A stretch of DNA of 64,000 nt from Nitrosopumilaceae archaeon (GTDB lineage Archaea; Thermoproteota; Nitrososphaeria; Nitrososphaerales; Nitrosopumilaceae), in NCBI GenBank assembly GCA_965208905.1, contig OZ242365.1, positions 1,152,001-1,216,000 on the forward strand, read 5' to 3'. Below the pieces are notes generated by a model. That model was given only the letters and a program-made list of their open reading frames with translations, was not told the DNA's origin and did no database searches. Position 1 is the first letter of the stretch. Each line of letters opens with the position of its first letter. The translations under genes were made by a program, and so were the position numbers. This document shows positions 20,474 through 32,045 of the stretch, in pieces.

Positions 20474-21865
20474 TCATCTCCTATACTTGTAATGTTGTTC
20501 GATTTCGGCATTTTCATTGTAGCGGACCTCTTCCACCTCTACAAACTTTCTCAACTCCTCATCGGTGTTTATGGATAAGCTGCGACCCTTCCATTTTGAC
20601 TCTATAAGATGAGAAATCCAAGCACGAATTTGTGTGGACATACGACGAGATAGTGGCTCTAAGAACCCCTCCACAATAACCCTCTCGGCGCCCTCACGAC
20701 TCAAACATCTGGACATTAGATAGAATATTTGTTCTTCATCTATCTGGGCCACAGATGCAGAGTGGGTGGCCTTCACATCGTTGGTCAGTATCTCTAGGCC
20801 AGGTATGGCGTCCGACTTGGCATCACGACTAAGTAATATTGATCTGCCTGACAGATACGAATTCGACTTTGTTGCATCCGGATTTATTCTTATCATCCCC
20901 TTGAATAAAGACCGAGACTTGTCTCGCAGTATGGATTTTTCGGTAATACGACCTTCCGTATGTGGCTGGCTGTGTATCATCTCCGACTGTATGTCAAATG
21001 ACTGAGAACTATTGCCAAATACAACTTCTGAGTCATTGGCAGAGGCACCACTGCCGTTTAGATGATGCGCTACTCTGTATCTGGATAATTGTGATCCAAA
21101 CAGTCCTAAATACGAATTTGTTTTGGAGTCCCGTGCCAACTCAGTTCTCCGCGTAGAAAAATTGTATGACTCTAGATTCATCATCTGTAATGTGGTGATA
21201 TCCATCTGGGTACCTTCACCTATTATGCAGTTTAGAAGTTCTAGATATGCTTGATTGGTGTCGCCCCCGTATAACTCCTGTACTACCTTGACATCACTGT
21301 TCGCCCCTGTTGATATGACATTTCGTGATATTACTGATATGCCATCATCAGTAAGTGCCGATACTATATGGATTGGTTCTGATATTATTGTGTTGTCTGG
21401 TATATGAACAAAAACACCTGTATTGAAGGCCGCATTATTCAAAGCAGTGAACCTATCTTCGGACGATGATGATGATTTTAAAGCTGACTGGAGGATCTCT
21501 GAATACTTTGATACTGCTTCTGATATGGGTAATATGGTAACTCCTTTTGATAACATATCTTCGGTCAGTTGTACTTGTACCTGAGTGCCGGTCTGCAACG
21601 CATACGACTCTGTCTTTAAATCTTCAAGACGCCGTACTAGTATGGGCGGCCTGCCTTCATTTGTATCGTTTGATACGGATATATCTTGAGGGTTCATCTT
21701 TGCCGCATCTGTATATTTGTTGTACAACGGTGATGTTTCCAACGGCAGATTGTCGTATGTGGCAAGAGAGTCTTGACGGTACTTGCGCAACCACTGAGGC
21801 TCGTTTGATAGGGCTGATATTGATTTTATATGTTGCACATCCAGCAGCGATAACGATTTTGTCAT
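20474..21865 (-). CDS. sufD: Fe-S assembly protein SufD
   Basis: PGLEILTNDVKATHSASV, FYLMSR. Confidence 0.92.
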   Translation of the reverse strand: MTKSLSLLDVQHIKSISALSNEPQWLRKYRQDSLATYDNLPLETSPLYNKYTDAAKMNPQDISVSNDTNEGRPPILVRRLEDLKTESYALQTGTQVQVQLTEDMLSKGVTILPISEAVSKYSEILQSALKSSSSSEDRFTALNNAAFNTGVFVHIPDNTIISEPIHIVSALTDDGISVISRNVISTGANSDVKVVQELYGGDTNQAYLELLNCIIGEGTQMDITTLQMMNLESYNFSTRRTELARDSKTNSYLGLFGSQLSRYRVAHHLNGSGASANDSEVVFGNSSQSFDIQSEMIHSQPHTEGRITEKSILRDKSRSLFKGMIRINPDATKSNSYLSGRSILLSRDAKSDAIPGLEILTNDVKATHSASVAQIDEEQIFYLMSRCLSREGAERVIVEGFLEPLSRRMSTQIRAWISHLIESKWKGRSLSINTDEELRKFVEVEEVRYNENAEIEQHYKYRR

Positions 21866-21871
21866 GTAGGC

Positions 21872-23272
21872 CTAGCCCACCGCGTCATCCATCTCTAGTT
21901 TTATCAGACGATTTAATTCTACGGCATATTCCATAGGGAGTTCTTTTGTGAACGGCTCCATGAATCCATTTACTATAAGTGATAATGCATCCTCTTCACT
22001 AAATCCTCGTGTCATTAGATAGAATATCTGCTCATCTCCAATCTTACCGACCGTGGCCTCATGTGTGATGGTGGCATCGTTTTCATTTATCTCCATGTAT
22101 GGGTAGGTATCTGTCTTTGATGTGTCATCTAAAAGGAGCGCATCACAACGTACGGTGGACTTGACACCAGTGGCTCCACGAGCTACATTGAGTAGTCCCC
22201 TGTATGTTGCGCGACCATCTAAACGACTTACCGACTTTGATGTTATCTTGGAGGTGGTATTGGGTGCTAAATGAACCATCTTTGCACCTGTATCCTGATG
22301 TTGGCCTTTACCTGCAAAGGCTATGGATAGCGTCTCACCATATGCACGCTCGCCTAGCATGTATACTCCAGGATACTTCATAGTTATCTTACTACCTATA
22401 TTACCATCAATCCACTCTACGGTGGCACCATCATACGCATATGCGCGTTTTGTCACCAAATTATACACGTCGTTGCTCCAGTTTTGTATTGTGGTGTAAC
22501 GCAGACGGGCATCTTTAAGCGCCACCAACTCTACCACTGCTGAGTGTAATGACTCAGATGAGTATACTGGCGCAGTACACCCTTCAATGTAATGCACTTC
22601 GGCACCCTCATCCACTATAATTAATGTTCTCTCAAACTGTCCTATATTCTCCGCATTAATTCTAAAGTATGCTTGGAGGGGCATGTCGACCTTTACGCCT
22701 GGAGGCACATATATGAAAGACCCACCACTCCATACTGCACTGTTTAGAGCAGCAAACTTGTTGTCCTCTGGGGGAATAATCTTGCCAAAGTACTTTCTAA
22801 ATATATCTGGTTTCTCTTTTAGGGCAGTGTCTGTGTCTAGAAATATTACTCCCTGCTTCTCTAAATCTTCGCGCAGATTGTGGTATACCACCTCGGATTC
22901 GTACTGTGCACCCACGCCCGCCAAAAACTTCTTCTCGGCTTCGGGTATGCCCAACTTGTCGAATGTATTCTTTACATCTTCGGGTACGTCATCCCAATTT
23001 TTTTCTGTCTTATCAGCAGCCTTTGCATAGTAGTATATGTTTTGAAAGTCTATACTTGAGAGATCTGCTCCCCAACTTGGCATTGACTTCTTCATGAATA
23101 TATCAAAGGATCTCAATCTAAAATCTAACATCCACTGTGGCTCTTCCTTCATCTTGCTGATTCCTATTACGGTATCTCGCGACAATCCCCTCTTGCTTAG
23201 ATGTACATACATCTCGGTGGAGTCTTTAAAGTCATACTTCGAATAATCCATCTCAAAGTTTTCAGTAGCCAT
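21872..23272 (-). CDS. sufB: Fe-S assembly protein SufB
   Basis: [22 protein letters not shown]; start taken at MATEN. Confidence 0.96.
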   Translation of the reverse strand: MATENFEMDYSKYDFKDSTEMYVHLSKRGLSRDTVIGISKMKEEPQWMLDFRLRSFDIFMKKSMPSWGADLSSIDFQNIYYYAKAADKTEKNWDDVPEDVKNTFDKLGIPEAEKKFLAGVGAQYESEVVYHNLREDLEKQGVIFLDTDTALKEKPDIFRKYFGKIIPPEDNKFAALNSAVWSGGSFIYVPPGVKVDMPLQAYFRINAENIGQFERTLIIVDEGAEVHYIEGCTAPVYSSESLHSAVVELVALKDARLRYTTIQNWSNDVYNLVTKRAYAYDGATVEWIDGNIGSKITMKYPGVYMLGERAYGETLSIAFAGKGQHQDTGAKMVHLAPNTTSKITSKSVSRLDGRATYRGLLNVARGATGVKSTVRCDALLLDDTSKTDTYPYMEINENDATITHEATVGKIGDEQIFYLMTRGFSEEDALSLIVNGFMEPFTKELPMEYAVELNRLIKLEMDDAVG

Positions 23273-23371
23273 ACTCTTTGATACCACATACCATAATAAA
23301 AATACTAGCAAAAATAGGTTTAGCTAAATATATTATGAAACTATTTTTATAGCGAAAAACATATCTATTAT

Positions 23372-24691
23372 ATGCAGAGTTTTTTTCTTCAAGAATCTAA
23401 TTTTGGTAATACCGTATCTCAAACTGCTACACGCATAATGAATGAGCTCACCCCCGAACTACCTCATTCAGACTTTATTACAGATATGGCTTTTATTATG
23501 ATTGTTGGCGCCATAGTGACCCTCGCATTCTTCAAGATAAATCAACCTATCATTATTGGGTACCTGTTTGCCGGAATGCTTTTGGGACCCATATCGCCAC
23601 TGTGGACTTTGATATTTCAAGAGTTTGGTGTGTCATGGACACTGAGTGAGGGCGGTAGTATTCTAGGTGATCTCACTACATTACACATCTTTGCGGATAT
23701 AGGTGTTATACTATTACTGTTTGTTATAGGAATTGAGTTTCCATATGCAAAGATTCGTCGTATAGGTGGTGTGGCTATAGGGGCAGGTTCCATTGGGCTG
23801 TTCTCTGCATTAGGGGCGGTCTTTTATGTGGCCAGCGCCTTGGGTCTGAGTTTTATGGACTCTTTGTTTATTGCTGCGGCATTGTCGATATCAAGTACCG
23901 CCGTAATAGTAAAGATGCTGGAAGATATGGGTCGTATAGAAAACAAATCTTCGCTGATGATCTTGGGTATTCTAATCGTTGAGGATGTCATAGCAGTTAT
24001 ACTAATATCAACACTCCAGTCAGTGGGACTGGCCGGAACAATATCTGTCGAAGGGCTGATTGTGGTGGTTGTAGTAGGTGTGGGTTTGATTGTGGGTACC
24101 TTTACGATAGGTATGCGCATAATCCCATCACTCATAGACCGCGTGGCATCCACTGAACATCGTGAGATACTGTTACTGTCCGTGTTGGGACTATGCTTTG
24201 GCTATGCTCTACTGGCTAATATGGTAGGCCTGTCTGTTGCTATAGGTGCGTTTCTAGCTGGCGTGTTGGTGGCCGAGTCAAAATCTGCCAACGTATCCAA
24301 GATATTGACACGTCCGATCAAAGATATGTTTGTGGCAATATTCTTCATCTCGACAGGGGCCCTTATGGACATGTCACAACTAGGTGACTACATATGGTTG
24401 ATTGCAGCTTTGATCGGTGTGGCTACGTTTATGAAGTTTGGAGGAAGTATTGTTGGAAACCTACTATTCAAACAGAGTCGTTCATCATCCATACGTGTGT
24501 CTACTGCACTTGCCGCACCCAGAGGTGAGTTTTCAATTGTCATAGTAAAGGCGGGTGTGGAGATTGGTGCTGCAAGTGCATTTTTGTTCCCATTGATTGG
24601 TGTCATATCTATAATTACATCATTCATGACACCATTTGTCATGAAAGCCGGAGATAAGGTTGTCTCAACAAAAGAGGTTGAAAATGCGTAG
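23372..24691 (+). CDS. Cation:proton antiporter CPA2 (KefB-like)
   Basis: SISSTAVIVK, ILIVED, GAFLAG, RGEFS; about 12-13 TM segments. Confidence 0.9.
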   Translation: MQSFFLQESNFGNTVSQTATRIMNELTPELPHSDFITDMAFIMIVGAIVTLAFFKINQPIIIGYLFAGMLLGPISPLWTLIFQEFGVSWTLSEGGSILGDLTTLHIFADIGVILLLFVIGIEFPYAKIRRIGGVAIGAGSIGLFSALGAVFYVASALGLSFMDSLFIAAALSISSTAVIVKMLEDMGRIENKSSLMILGILIVEDVIAVILISTLQSVGLAGTISVEGLIVVVVVGVGLIVGTFTIGMRIIPSLIDRVASTEHREILLLSVLGLCFGYALLANMVGLSVAIGAFLAGVLVAESKSANVSKILTRPIKDMFVAIFFISTGALMDMSQLGDYIWLIAALIGVATFMKFGGSIVGNLLFKQSRSSSIRVSTALAAPRGEFSIVIVKAGVEIGAASAFLFPLIGVISIITSFMTPFVMKAGDKVVSTKEVENA

Positions 24692-25151
24692 GTGGTTTGG
24701 GGGTTTACGTAAAAAGAACGACCCACATAATCTTGCTCTGGAGGAGTTGTTGAGTTTGGCACATGATGATGTTGGCTCTTTTGATATGGATGGCATTCCC
24801 ATATCACTTATAACATTTGATAGAGATAGGTTCGCCAAGACGATGGGGTGGTATGAAGAGTCTGGCTCCATGTCCTCAAGTATAGATACCAATTTGAATA
24901 TACTCTCTGATGGATTGGGGCATACATTTGTATGGCTATACCTGTCCTTTAGAAATGGCAAGACTGAACGTATACTGATTGATGCCAGCAAGCATTTGTC
25001 ATTCTTTGAGATATTGGCAGAATCAGGAATATTGGCCATCCATACAGATGGCGACCCTACATTACAAGACAAAATGATGACGATCCAGATTCCACAAAGA
25101 CAGAGGGCTGAAGACGCCTTGGAGCTAATAAAAAAAGGACTGCAGTTATAA
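24684..25151 (+). CDS. Hypothetical protein
   Basis: ORF overlapping the antiporter stop; typical codon composition. Confidence 0.65.
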   Translation: MRRWFGGLRKKNDPHNLALEELLSLAHDDVGSFDMDGIPISLITFDRDRFAKTMGWYEESGSMSSSIDTNLNILSDGLGHTFVWLYLSFRNGKTERILIDASKHLSFFEILAESGILAIHTDGDPTLQDKMMTIQIPQRQRAEDALELIKKGLQL

Positions 25152-25225
25152 TGCAGTCGCCGGGATTTGAACCCGGGCCGCGAACTTGGCAAGCTCGCAT
25201 AATAACCAAACTATACTACGACTGC
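25152..25225 (-). tRNA. tRNA-Gly(GCC)
   Basis: GCAGTCG/CGACTGC-A acceptor, CGAGC-TTGCCAA-GTTCG anticodon arm, GGTTCAAATCCC. Confidence 0.95.
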
Positions 25226-25282
25226 TCTGACTTCATGCGGGGAATGGGGTATAATTGTTTTTAGTGTCCATATTATGATGTA

Positions 25283-25537
25283 ATGTATATGAATCCTATA
25301 CTGTACGAAAAGATGTCTCAAAAGGTCAAAGAGATCACTGAACAAGTATCGCAGATGCGCGTGCTTGCAGAGATGCTGGGCTATGATCCCACCGAAGAAT
25401 TCATACGCGGAATGATAACAGGCAGGTTATATAACTCGTTTATATATCAAAGTCGAAGACTACAAAAACGCAATCCCACCAACGATGAAATGGACGAGTT
25501 TTCTGATCTGATCAAATCCGTTTGGCGTATATACTAA
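25283..25537 (+). CDS. Small hypothetical protein
   Basis: 84-aa ORF with TATA upstream; GRLYNSFxYQSRR motif looks conserved. Confidence 0.65.
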   Translation: MYMNPILYEKMSQKVKEITEQVSQMRVLAEMLGYDPTEEFIRGMITGRLYNSFIYQSRRLQKRNPTNDEMDEFSDLIKSVWRIY

Positions 25538-25691
25538 AAAGTACTTCTACAAGGATAAAACATCATACATCACACACTAACCCATAATCTAGTGGGATGT
25601 TGTTGCTATGTCTTTAGACAAAAATGTCTAAGAGCTAACTCTGATTTTTTCATAACTAAACGCTGCTGGAGGGACCTGTGAAGATAATACG

Positions 25692-26189
25692 CTATGGTTT
25701 TAGCGGCACAACACGAATAGTGGGAGTACCTGGTAATTTTACACAGGCATTCTTGAGTGCTCTTTTGGCAGCCTCAATGTGAGGTTCATTTACATGCATC
25801 TCCATGATTATCTGGCCTCGCTTTACCCGAGCTGCTAGGCTTACCGCCTTGCCCCAGGCGCGTCGCATTCCTTCTTGAAGCCTGTCGGCACCTGCAGTAG
25901 CAATCATCTTGTTCTCCCGTAGTAGATTGTGTGGATATATGCGTAGTCTGGAGAAGTAGGCCGATTCGCCAGTGGTCTTCTCTAGAGCCTTATTTGCAGT
26001 AAGACGGCATGCCTCAATGGCCATATGTCGGATTTGGACCTTCTCATTTATGAGCAATTGTACCGAGTACTTGTAGTCGCCCCGTTTGCCACCATGGAAT
26101 TTGGCTATCTTGGGCTGCGGCTTTCCCTTGATGTACTCCTTGCGTGTGAAAGGCTGCCCTGACCACTTTCTATAGTTAGCACCATGCAT
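25692..26189 (-). CDS. rpl10e: 50S ribosomal protein uL16 (L10e)
   Basis: LRENKM...AGADRLQEGMRRAWGK; start taken at MHGANYRK. Confidence 0.95.
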   Translation of the reverse strand: MHGANYRKWSGQPFTRKEYIKGKPQPKIAKFHGGKRGDYKYSVQLLINEKVQIRHMAIEACRLTANKALEKTTGESAYFSRLRIYPHNLLRENKMIATAGADRLQEGMRRAWGKAVSLAARVKRGQIIMEMHVNEPHIEAAKRALKNACVKLPGTPTIRVVPLKP

Positions 26190-26798
26190 ATCATTTGTAG
26201 CAATATGGGTGTATTTTAATGGTTGGCTGAATCTCTGGGATACTTTTTGTATATGCGCCACAAAATCACTGAACCTACCACTAATGTGACAATCCAGAAT
26301 ATTCGTTCCAATTGAGGATCAATCTCCACATTGGTGGATTGTTATGGTGGTAAATATACCACTCGAATTCTGATCTTGGCAAACCTGCAGTATGTGCCTC
26401 TGTGTTGTCATGATTACTTGCCGTGTAACGTAGCAACAGAATGTACTGAAGCCTACTCCAAAATACACAGTTAGTGGTGAGAATTGATTCTTCAAAAATG
26501 GATACATACTATGTGTTGTCAAAAGCATCTCTGTCTACACATATGTGAGGCTTTCCTGTGAATTGATGGACTATGTGTTATTGGACCTGTCTTGGAGAAC
26601 TGTTGGCAGAGTGTATTATATGATAAAATCATTCTACAGTCAAAAGCCACTACAAGAGTCATAACATATCTGCAGATAATTTGACAGATTTCGTTCTTCA
26701 GAGCCCACCCTATTACATGATGCTAGATCCTAGTCCTTTGGATTATTCTGCATATTTGAAAGAACCTTATAGTGTAATAGTATTTTGACATCGAGAAG

Positions 26799-27335
26799 TT
26801 GGACAGTATTGTAATTCAAGGTGTACTGATGGGAGACTGTATTCGTGTAAGTGATAAATCCTCCGCCCAAAAGTTGAGCCTAGATGGATACGGCGATGAT
26901 GAGGATGGGGGTTATAATCTAAAACCGTTTGAGGCACTATATCTTATGGCCATGAATAAAATGTCGATTACACAGGATGATGTTTTGCTGGGATTTGATG
27001 ACCTGTTAGAGTTTTGTCAAGAAGAGGATCCTGATATACTCTCCAAGTATCTAATATATCGAGATCTGCGCACCCGGGGCTATGTGGCAAAGGACGGGTT
27101 TGGCTTTGGTGTGGACTTTCGTGTGTATGATCGGGGTGACTTTGGAGTAAGGGGTGCACAATTCTTGGTATTTGGTTTGGATCAGGGCGATCGTGAGCGG
27201 GCCGGAAAGTTTTGTGATTCAATAGATGAGATAACAAAGATGGGAAAGGAGCCTGTAGTTGCTGTCATTGAGAGCAGGGGAGAAATAATCTATTACAAAA
27301 CAAACAGGATTACCTTTGAGAATAACAAGCCTTAA
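26799..27335 (+). CDS. endA: tRNA-splicing endonuclease subunit, probably the structural subunit
   Basis: FEALYL, YRDLRTRGY, GFGFGVDFRVY; the usual catalytic His after DFRVY is not visible. Confidence 0.85.
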   Translation: MDSIVIQGVLMGDCIRVSDKSSAQKLSLDGYGDDEDGGYNLKPFEALYLMAMNKMSITQDDVLLGFDDLLEFCQEEDPDILSKYLIYRDLRTRGYVAKDGFGFGVDFRVYDRGDFGVRGAQFLVFGLDQGDRERAGKFCDSIDEITKMGKEPVVAVIESRGEIIYYKTNRITFENNKP

Positions 27336-27970
27336 CCATCTATGGCCCACCCAAATGAGTATTTTATTAACCCATTTTCAGATGCATCTGCAAAGTCATA
27401 AACGTCAAACCGCCTTACATTATTCTCCCACAAATCTTGAAAATAACTCTTCTTTCTTTGTAATCTCTTCTCGTCTTCCCATGAAGTAAATACATTCACA
27501 CTCTCGAATTTTTTCCGTCTCTTTAAAAACGATTTTGATATAATTCCATCATACAGTACAACGTTCCCACTATTGTCCTCAAAGAATCCCATCTCCTCCA
27601 ATGTATTATCTGAATCCTCGTCTTCGTGCGGTGTGGCTATACGAATTATTATCTGCTGATTTCGTAACATCTTCTCTACATGGTATAACTCTTTTGATGT
27701 TTGATTTCGTGTTTGGCCCTGGCTTAAAAGTACATTGGATACCATCTCAGAATCTTTAACACGAAATGTACGACCTACGACTATGTTCATAGTAAAGTCT
27801 ATTGGTGCGCCTCCACGCGCACCTATGATTGATGTTAATGTCTCCAAAGAGAAAGAGTTTGTGGATTTAGAAAGCATTGTGCAGTTCTGTATGCATGGAA
27901 TAAAAAAATCCTGTATGATGTCATCAGATTCGCTGTCATATCCTATCTTTAAGTCTAGATTGCGCAGCAT
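27332..27970 (-). CDS. Stand-alone degenerate PLD-like domain resembling the N-terminus of PLD-SF2 helicase fusions
   Basis: LRNLDLKIGYDS..DIIQDFFIPC and FESVNVFTSW...YFQDLWEN patterns; no HKD motif. Confidence 0.55.
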   Translation of the reverse strand: MLRNLDLKIGYDSESDDIIQDFFIPCIQNCTMLSKSTNSFSLETLTSIIGARGGAPIDFTMNIVVGRTFRVKDSEMVSNVLLSQGQTRNQTSKELYHVEKMLRNQQIIIRIATPHEDEDSDNTLEEMGFFEDNSGNVVLYDGIISKSFLKRRKKFESVNVFTSWEDEKRLQRKKSYFQDLWENNVRRFDVYDFADASENGLIKYSFGWAIDG

Positions 27971-28448
27971 ACTATGATTATGTAATAAAATGTGATAAAA
28001 ACATATTCACAAAACCCCTGTGTTATGCCACCCTACAGCAACATACTTGTACCAATGGTGATTTATTTAAAGTTGAAAGATAGATCGAGTTTAATCTATA
28101 TGATGCAGTATAAACTATTTTTTTGTATTTTTTTATATGACCTAAATAACCCACACTTATACCAAAATAATTATTTTAAATACAGTTAATTTTATTAATA
28201 ATAATTTATTTACAACTTTAAATTTACAGAATTATGTCATTACTAAGTATGTTAGTATACATATGTCTACACTAGTAACTTATTATTATGATGCTGAGGC
28301 AACAGATTCCTTCTTGAGTCTTGAATATGTGTATGTCTTTGCGTTTGGTTGATATATCCTATAATTTGTAGTAAGCATGTGGATTGCAAAGAGATAATAA
28401 GGAATATTTCACCGAATCGTATTATCTAAGATGGAGTGGATGTGCTAG

Positions 28449-30074
28449 ATGACAGATACCGATGGAGATCACACAAAGTCTCAAAAGCTTATGTCACAGA
28501 TAGAGGCGTTTGGCCTGAAGCCTCGTAAAGTGTTTCGTAACATATCTGCTGAACGTCTTACCGAGATTTCGATAAAAAACGACAATGGTGTTCGTACCAC
28601 AACCGGAGCTGTGGCAGTAAGGACCGATAGATTCACCGGACGCGCCCCCAACGATCGATTTATAGTGTATGATGATGTCACCAAAGACACAGTAAATTGG
28701 AACAAAATAAATCACAAATTTTCAACTGAAGCGTTTAACAAAATACTGAACAGGATGAAATCTCATATAACTGATAAAGATGTGTATGTCTTTGATGGGT
28801 TTGTTGGTGCGGATACTCAGCATCGCCTTAAAATTCGTGCAATAACTGACCATGCGTGGCAGAGCCTCTTTTCCAGCAGGCTGTTTGTTGGGCCTACCAA
28901 AGAGGAGTTGGAAGGTCATGAACCCGAATTTACCATAATCTCACTAAATGACTTTAAGGTAGTTCCTGAAATTGATGGTACCAAAAAAGATGTATTTATT
29001 TTGATAAATTTAGCCCAAAGAGTAGTGCTTATTGCTGGCACTAAATATGCTGGCGAACTAAAAAAATCAATGTTTTCTGTAATGAACTTTTTGTTGCCTG
29101 CTAGAGATGTCTTTCCCATGCACTGCTCAGCCAACACCGATGCAAAGAATCACACAGCTCTATTTTTTGGACTGTCTGGAACCGGAAAGACTACTTTGTC
29201 TGCAGACAACAATCGCATGCTCATAGGAGATGATGAACATGGTTGGTCTGAGAGCGGAGTGTTCAATTTTGAGGGTGGCTGTTATGCAAAGTGTATCAAT
29301 CTAACGTACGAAAATGAACCTCAAATATGGAATGCTATTAGGGATGGTGCCATACTTGAAAATGTAATTGTAGACTCAGATGGTAATCCGGACTTTAATG
29401 ACAGCTCCATTACGGAGAATACTCGAGTTGCATACCCATTACATCATATACCCAGAGCAGTAATACCTAGTGTCGGATCTCATCCATCTGTCGTGATATT
29501 TCTAACCGCCGACGCCAAGGGTGTGCTGCCGCCTATATCTAAACTTACTCGGGAGGGCGCAATGTATCACTTTATGTCTGGATATACCAGCAAGCTGGCG
29601 GGCACCGAGCAGGGTGTAAAGAAGCCCAGATCTGTATTTTCAGAATGTTTTGGTGCTCCCTTTATGCCTCGTCCTGCTGAATTATACGCCAATATGTTGG
29701 CTAAAAAAATAACAGAACATAATACCGAGGTGTACTTGATAAACACCGGATGGTCTGGAGGGCCATACGGAGTAGGACATAGAATCTCTATAAAGTATAG
29801 TAGGGCTATGGTTACTGCTGCACTAAACGGAGATTTAAAATGCGTGGAATATCGTCACGACTCCATATTTAATCTCGATGTCCCAATGACATGTCCTGGA
29901 GTCCCTGATGAACTCTTGGATCCTAAAAATACGTGGACGGATAAAGATGCATACTATGCGCAGGCAAACCGTTTGGCAGATAAATTTTTGACTAACTTTG
30001 CAAAATTCAAAGATGTATCATCAGATATCCGTAACGCGGGCCCTTCTAGGAACAAACACCGCAAAAACTCCTAA
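28449..30074 (+). CDS. pckA: PEP carboxykinase (ATP)
   Basis: YAGELKK, PMHCSAN, GLSGTGKTTLS, IGDDEHGW, FEGGCYAK. Confidence 0.97.
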   Translation: MTDTDGDHTKSQKLMSQIEAFGLKPRKVFRNISAERLTEISIKNDNGVRTTTGAVAVRTDRFTGRAPNDRFIVYDDVTKDTVNWNKINHKFSTEAFNKILNRMKSHITDKDVYVFDGFVGADTQHRLKIRAITDHAWQSLFSSRLFVGPTKEELEGHEPEFTIISLNDFKVVPEIDGTKKDVFILINLAQRVVLIAGTKYAGELKKSMFSVMNFLLPARDVFPMHCSANTDAKNHTALFFGLSGTGKTTLSADNNRMLIGDDEHGWSESGVFNFEGGCYAKCINLTYENEPQIWNAIRDGAILENVIVDSDGNPDFNDSSITENTRVAYPLHHIPRAVIPSVGSHPSVVIFLTADAKGVLPPISKLTREGAMYHFMSGYTSKLAGTEQGVKKPRSVFSECFGAPFMPRPAELYANMLAKKITEHNTEVYLINTGWSGGPYGVGHRISIKYSRAMVTAALNGDLKCVEYRHDSIFNLDVPMTCPGVPDELLDPKNTWTDKDAYYAQANRLADKFLTNFAKFKDVSSDIRNAGPSRNKHRKNS

Positions 30075-32045
30075 CATTCCAGATATGATGGCTACTATGA
30101 TCACCTGCCGCCACGGCATAATTATGTCAGACCATATTGATCTCTCTTCGGTAACGGTATCGACTATTATAGAGTCGTAGGTGGTGTAACTCTGTGTACC
30201 TATGGATATATCTACTTGTATCTGGTATACGCCATTTTCATAAACCCTCACAGATGCACTCTTACTCGGAGTTACTGATGACTCATAAGTGTGACCACTG
30301 CGACTACTGAGCGTTATCTTTGCAAAGTCCCATCTGTCTATATATGATACCTCTAGATGTAGTATGCCATTCTCTTGATTCACGTGTATGGTCCCATTAC
30401 TGTGTCGAACTTTTATGGGTACAGTGTGTGTTATGTCGTCATATGTTAAGATCATACGGGCATCGGCTGTCATCTCACCCTCTACTGTTACCAATATTGT
30501 ATCATCTATAATTTTATGTGCAATGTAATCACTGTTTGGTTCAAAATGTATTGATATATCCTCCAACGCATTACCAGATATGGTTCGAAGGTGTATGGGT
30601 ATGATGTCTGATGATTGTAGTGGTGTTATACTAGCAGATAATATGGACGGATATGTGATTAAATCTGTAGTCAGCACAGAGTAGACATCAAGACGCCCAG
30701 AGCCTGCATTGTGGGGGTCTTCCCATGATCCCTTTTGGTCGATTACAGCATCTGCAGTACTGGTCAATATAGACCGTATATCTTCTATGGTTAGTGATGG
30801 GTGTTGTTGAAGTAACAGTGCGACGGCGCCAGTGACATGAGGTGTGGCATAGCTAGTTCCAGAAACTATCTCGTATCCGCCAGATATTGCAGTGGTGTTG
30901 ATATGTACTCCCGGAGCCATTATGTCTGGTTTGATGAATGGTAATGTCGGCCCTCGGGAACTAAACGGTGCTACATGATCCGGATCATGTAAAAACAGCA
31001 GGCGGGCTTGCGCATCGGGCAGCATCTCTATTATATCTCGCCCATCTTCTTGGCTTATAGATATTGTTGGTATTCGAGGCATATAATCTGGTTCTGTAAA
31101 ATTATGTATCAACTCACCATAAAACATACCTTCTTTATTGTTGAATATCATTATTGCCGCTGCTCCTGCATTTGCAGCATTATTCTCTTTTATGGAAAAG
31201 TATAACAATTCACCTGGCATGTCACTACCACGCTCTGCCAATACCACTGCACCGGTTACATTCAACTCTGTAAAGTCACTCTCCCTTGCATACCCGGCGT
31301 ACACGATGTGGGACTCGACAGGGCTTGGAGGTACTGCCGAACCAACCATGGGTATGGCTACATATGGAATATTGTTAATCTGCAGTATGGCTACACTACT
31401 AGATGTTAGATTATTGTATGTGGCGCCTACTGTTATTGCTGGCGGACTACGTCCAGGACTGCCAATTGTACTCTGCTGAGAACCATCATTGCCTGCAGCA
31501 ACGATTACTATTACGCCTTTGTCTACCGCCTCGGCTATTGCTTTATCTATGGCATTATTAGTCTTATTTACGCCTAGACTGATATTGATGATGTCTGCAC
31601 CATCTTCAATGGCCCTCTGTATTGATCTGGTGATCAAGTCAGATCTTACCCCTTCACCATCCTCGGATACCTTATATGCTAATAACCGCACGGCTGGAGC
31701 CACACCGTTTATACCTCCTTCTGCAGCAATTATGCCTGCAACCTGGGTTCCATGCCCGTTGGTGTCTAGGGGTAATTGATTTGGGTCGACAAAGTTAAAA
31801 CCACCCACAACCTTACCATTCGGTCCAAATCCTAGCATATCTGGATGCGTATAATCAATACCCGTATCTATGACTGCTACTAGAATACCCTCCCCATCTA
31901 ATCCTCCTATTGTGGGAACCGCACCGATATACGGAACACTCTTTTCAAGGTATGGCATTAGAGGTGTCTCTACTTCAAATTGTATTGTGCTGTATAGTAA
32001 TACTGTAAATATTAGACCAATAACCATCAAAAAATATAGTCGCAT
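30021..32045 (-). CDS. S8 subtilisin-like protease with PA domain and C-terminal TM anchor
   Basis: VAVIDTG, HGTQVAG, GTSYATPHV. Confidence 0.93.
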   Translation of the reverse strand: MRLYFLMVIGLIFTVLLYSTIQFEVETPLMPYLEKSVPYIGAVPTIGGLDGEGILVAVIDTGIDYTHPDMLGFGPNGKVVGGFNFVDPNQLPLDTNGHGTQVAGIIAAEGGINGVAPAVRLLAYKVSEDGEGVRSDLITRSIQRAIEDGADIINISLGVNKTNNAIDKAIAEAVDKGVIVIVAAGNDGSQQSTIGSPGRSPPAITVGATYNNLTSSSVAILQINNIPYVAIPMVGSAVPPSPVESHIVYAGYARESDFTELNVTGAVVLAERGSDMPGELLYFSIKENNAANAGAAAIMIFNNKEGMFYGELIHNFTEPDYMPRIPTISISQEDGRDIIEMLPDAQARLLFLHDPDHVAPFSSRGPTLPFIKPDIMAPGVHINTTAISGGYEIVSGTSYATPHVTGAVALLLQQHPSLTIEDIRSILTSTADAVIDQKGSWEDPHNAGSGRLDVYSVLTTDLITYPSILSASITPLQSSDIIPIHLRTISGNALEDISIHFEPNSDYIAHKIIDDTILVTVEGEMTADARMILTYDDITHTVPIKVRHSNGTIHVNQENGILHLEVSYIDRWDFAKITLSSRSGHTYESSVTPSKSASVRVYENGVYQIQVDISIGTQSYTTYDSIIVDTVTEERSIWSDIIMPWRQVIIVAIISGMLGVFAVFVPRRARVTDI

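Noticed and set aside
25614-25631. Palindrome TTAGACA-AAAA-TGTCTAA
   Set aside because: Short, lies between convergent genes, and no second copy seen
28090-28290. Very AT-rich tract as a replication origin
   Set aside because: No ORB-like repeats and no cdc6/orc1 nearby; more likely a divergent promoter region
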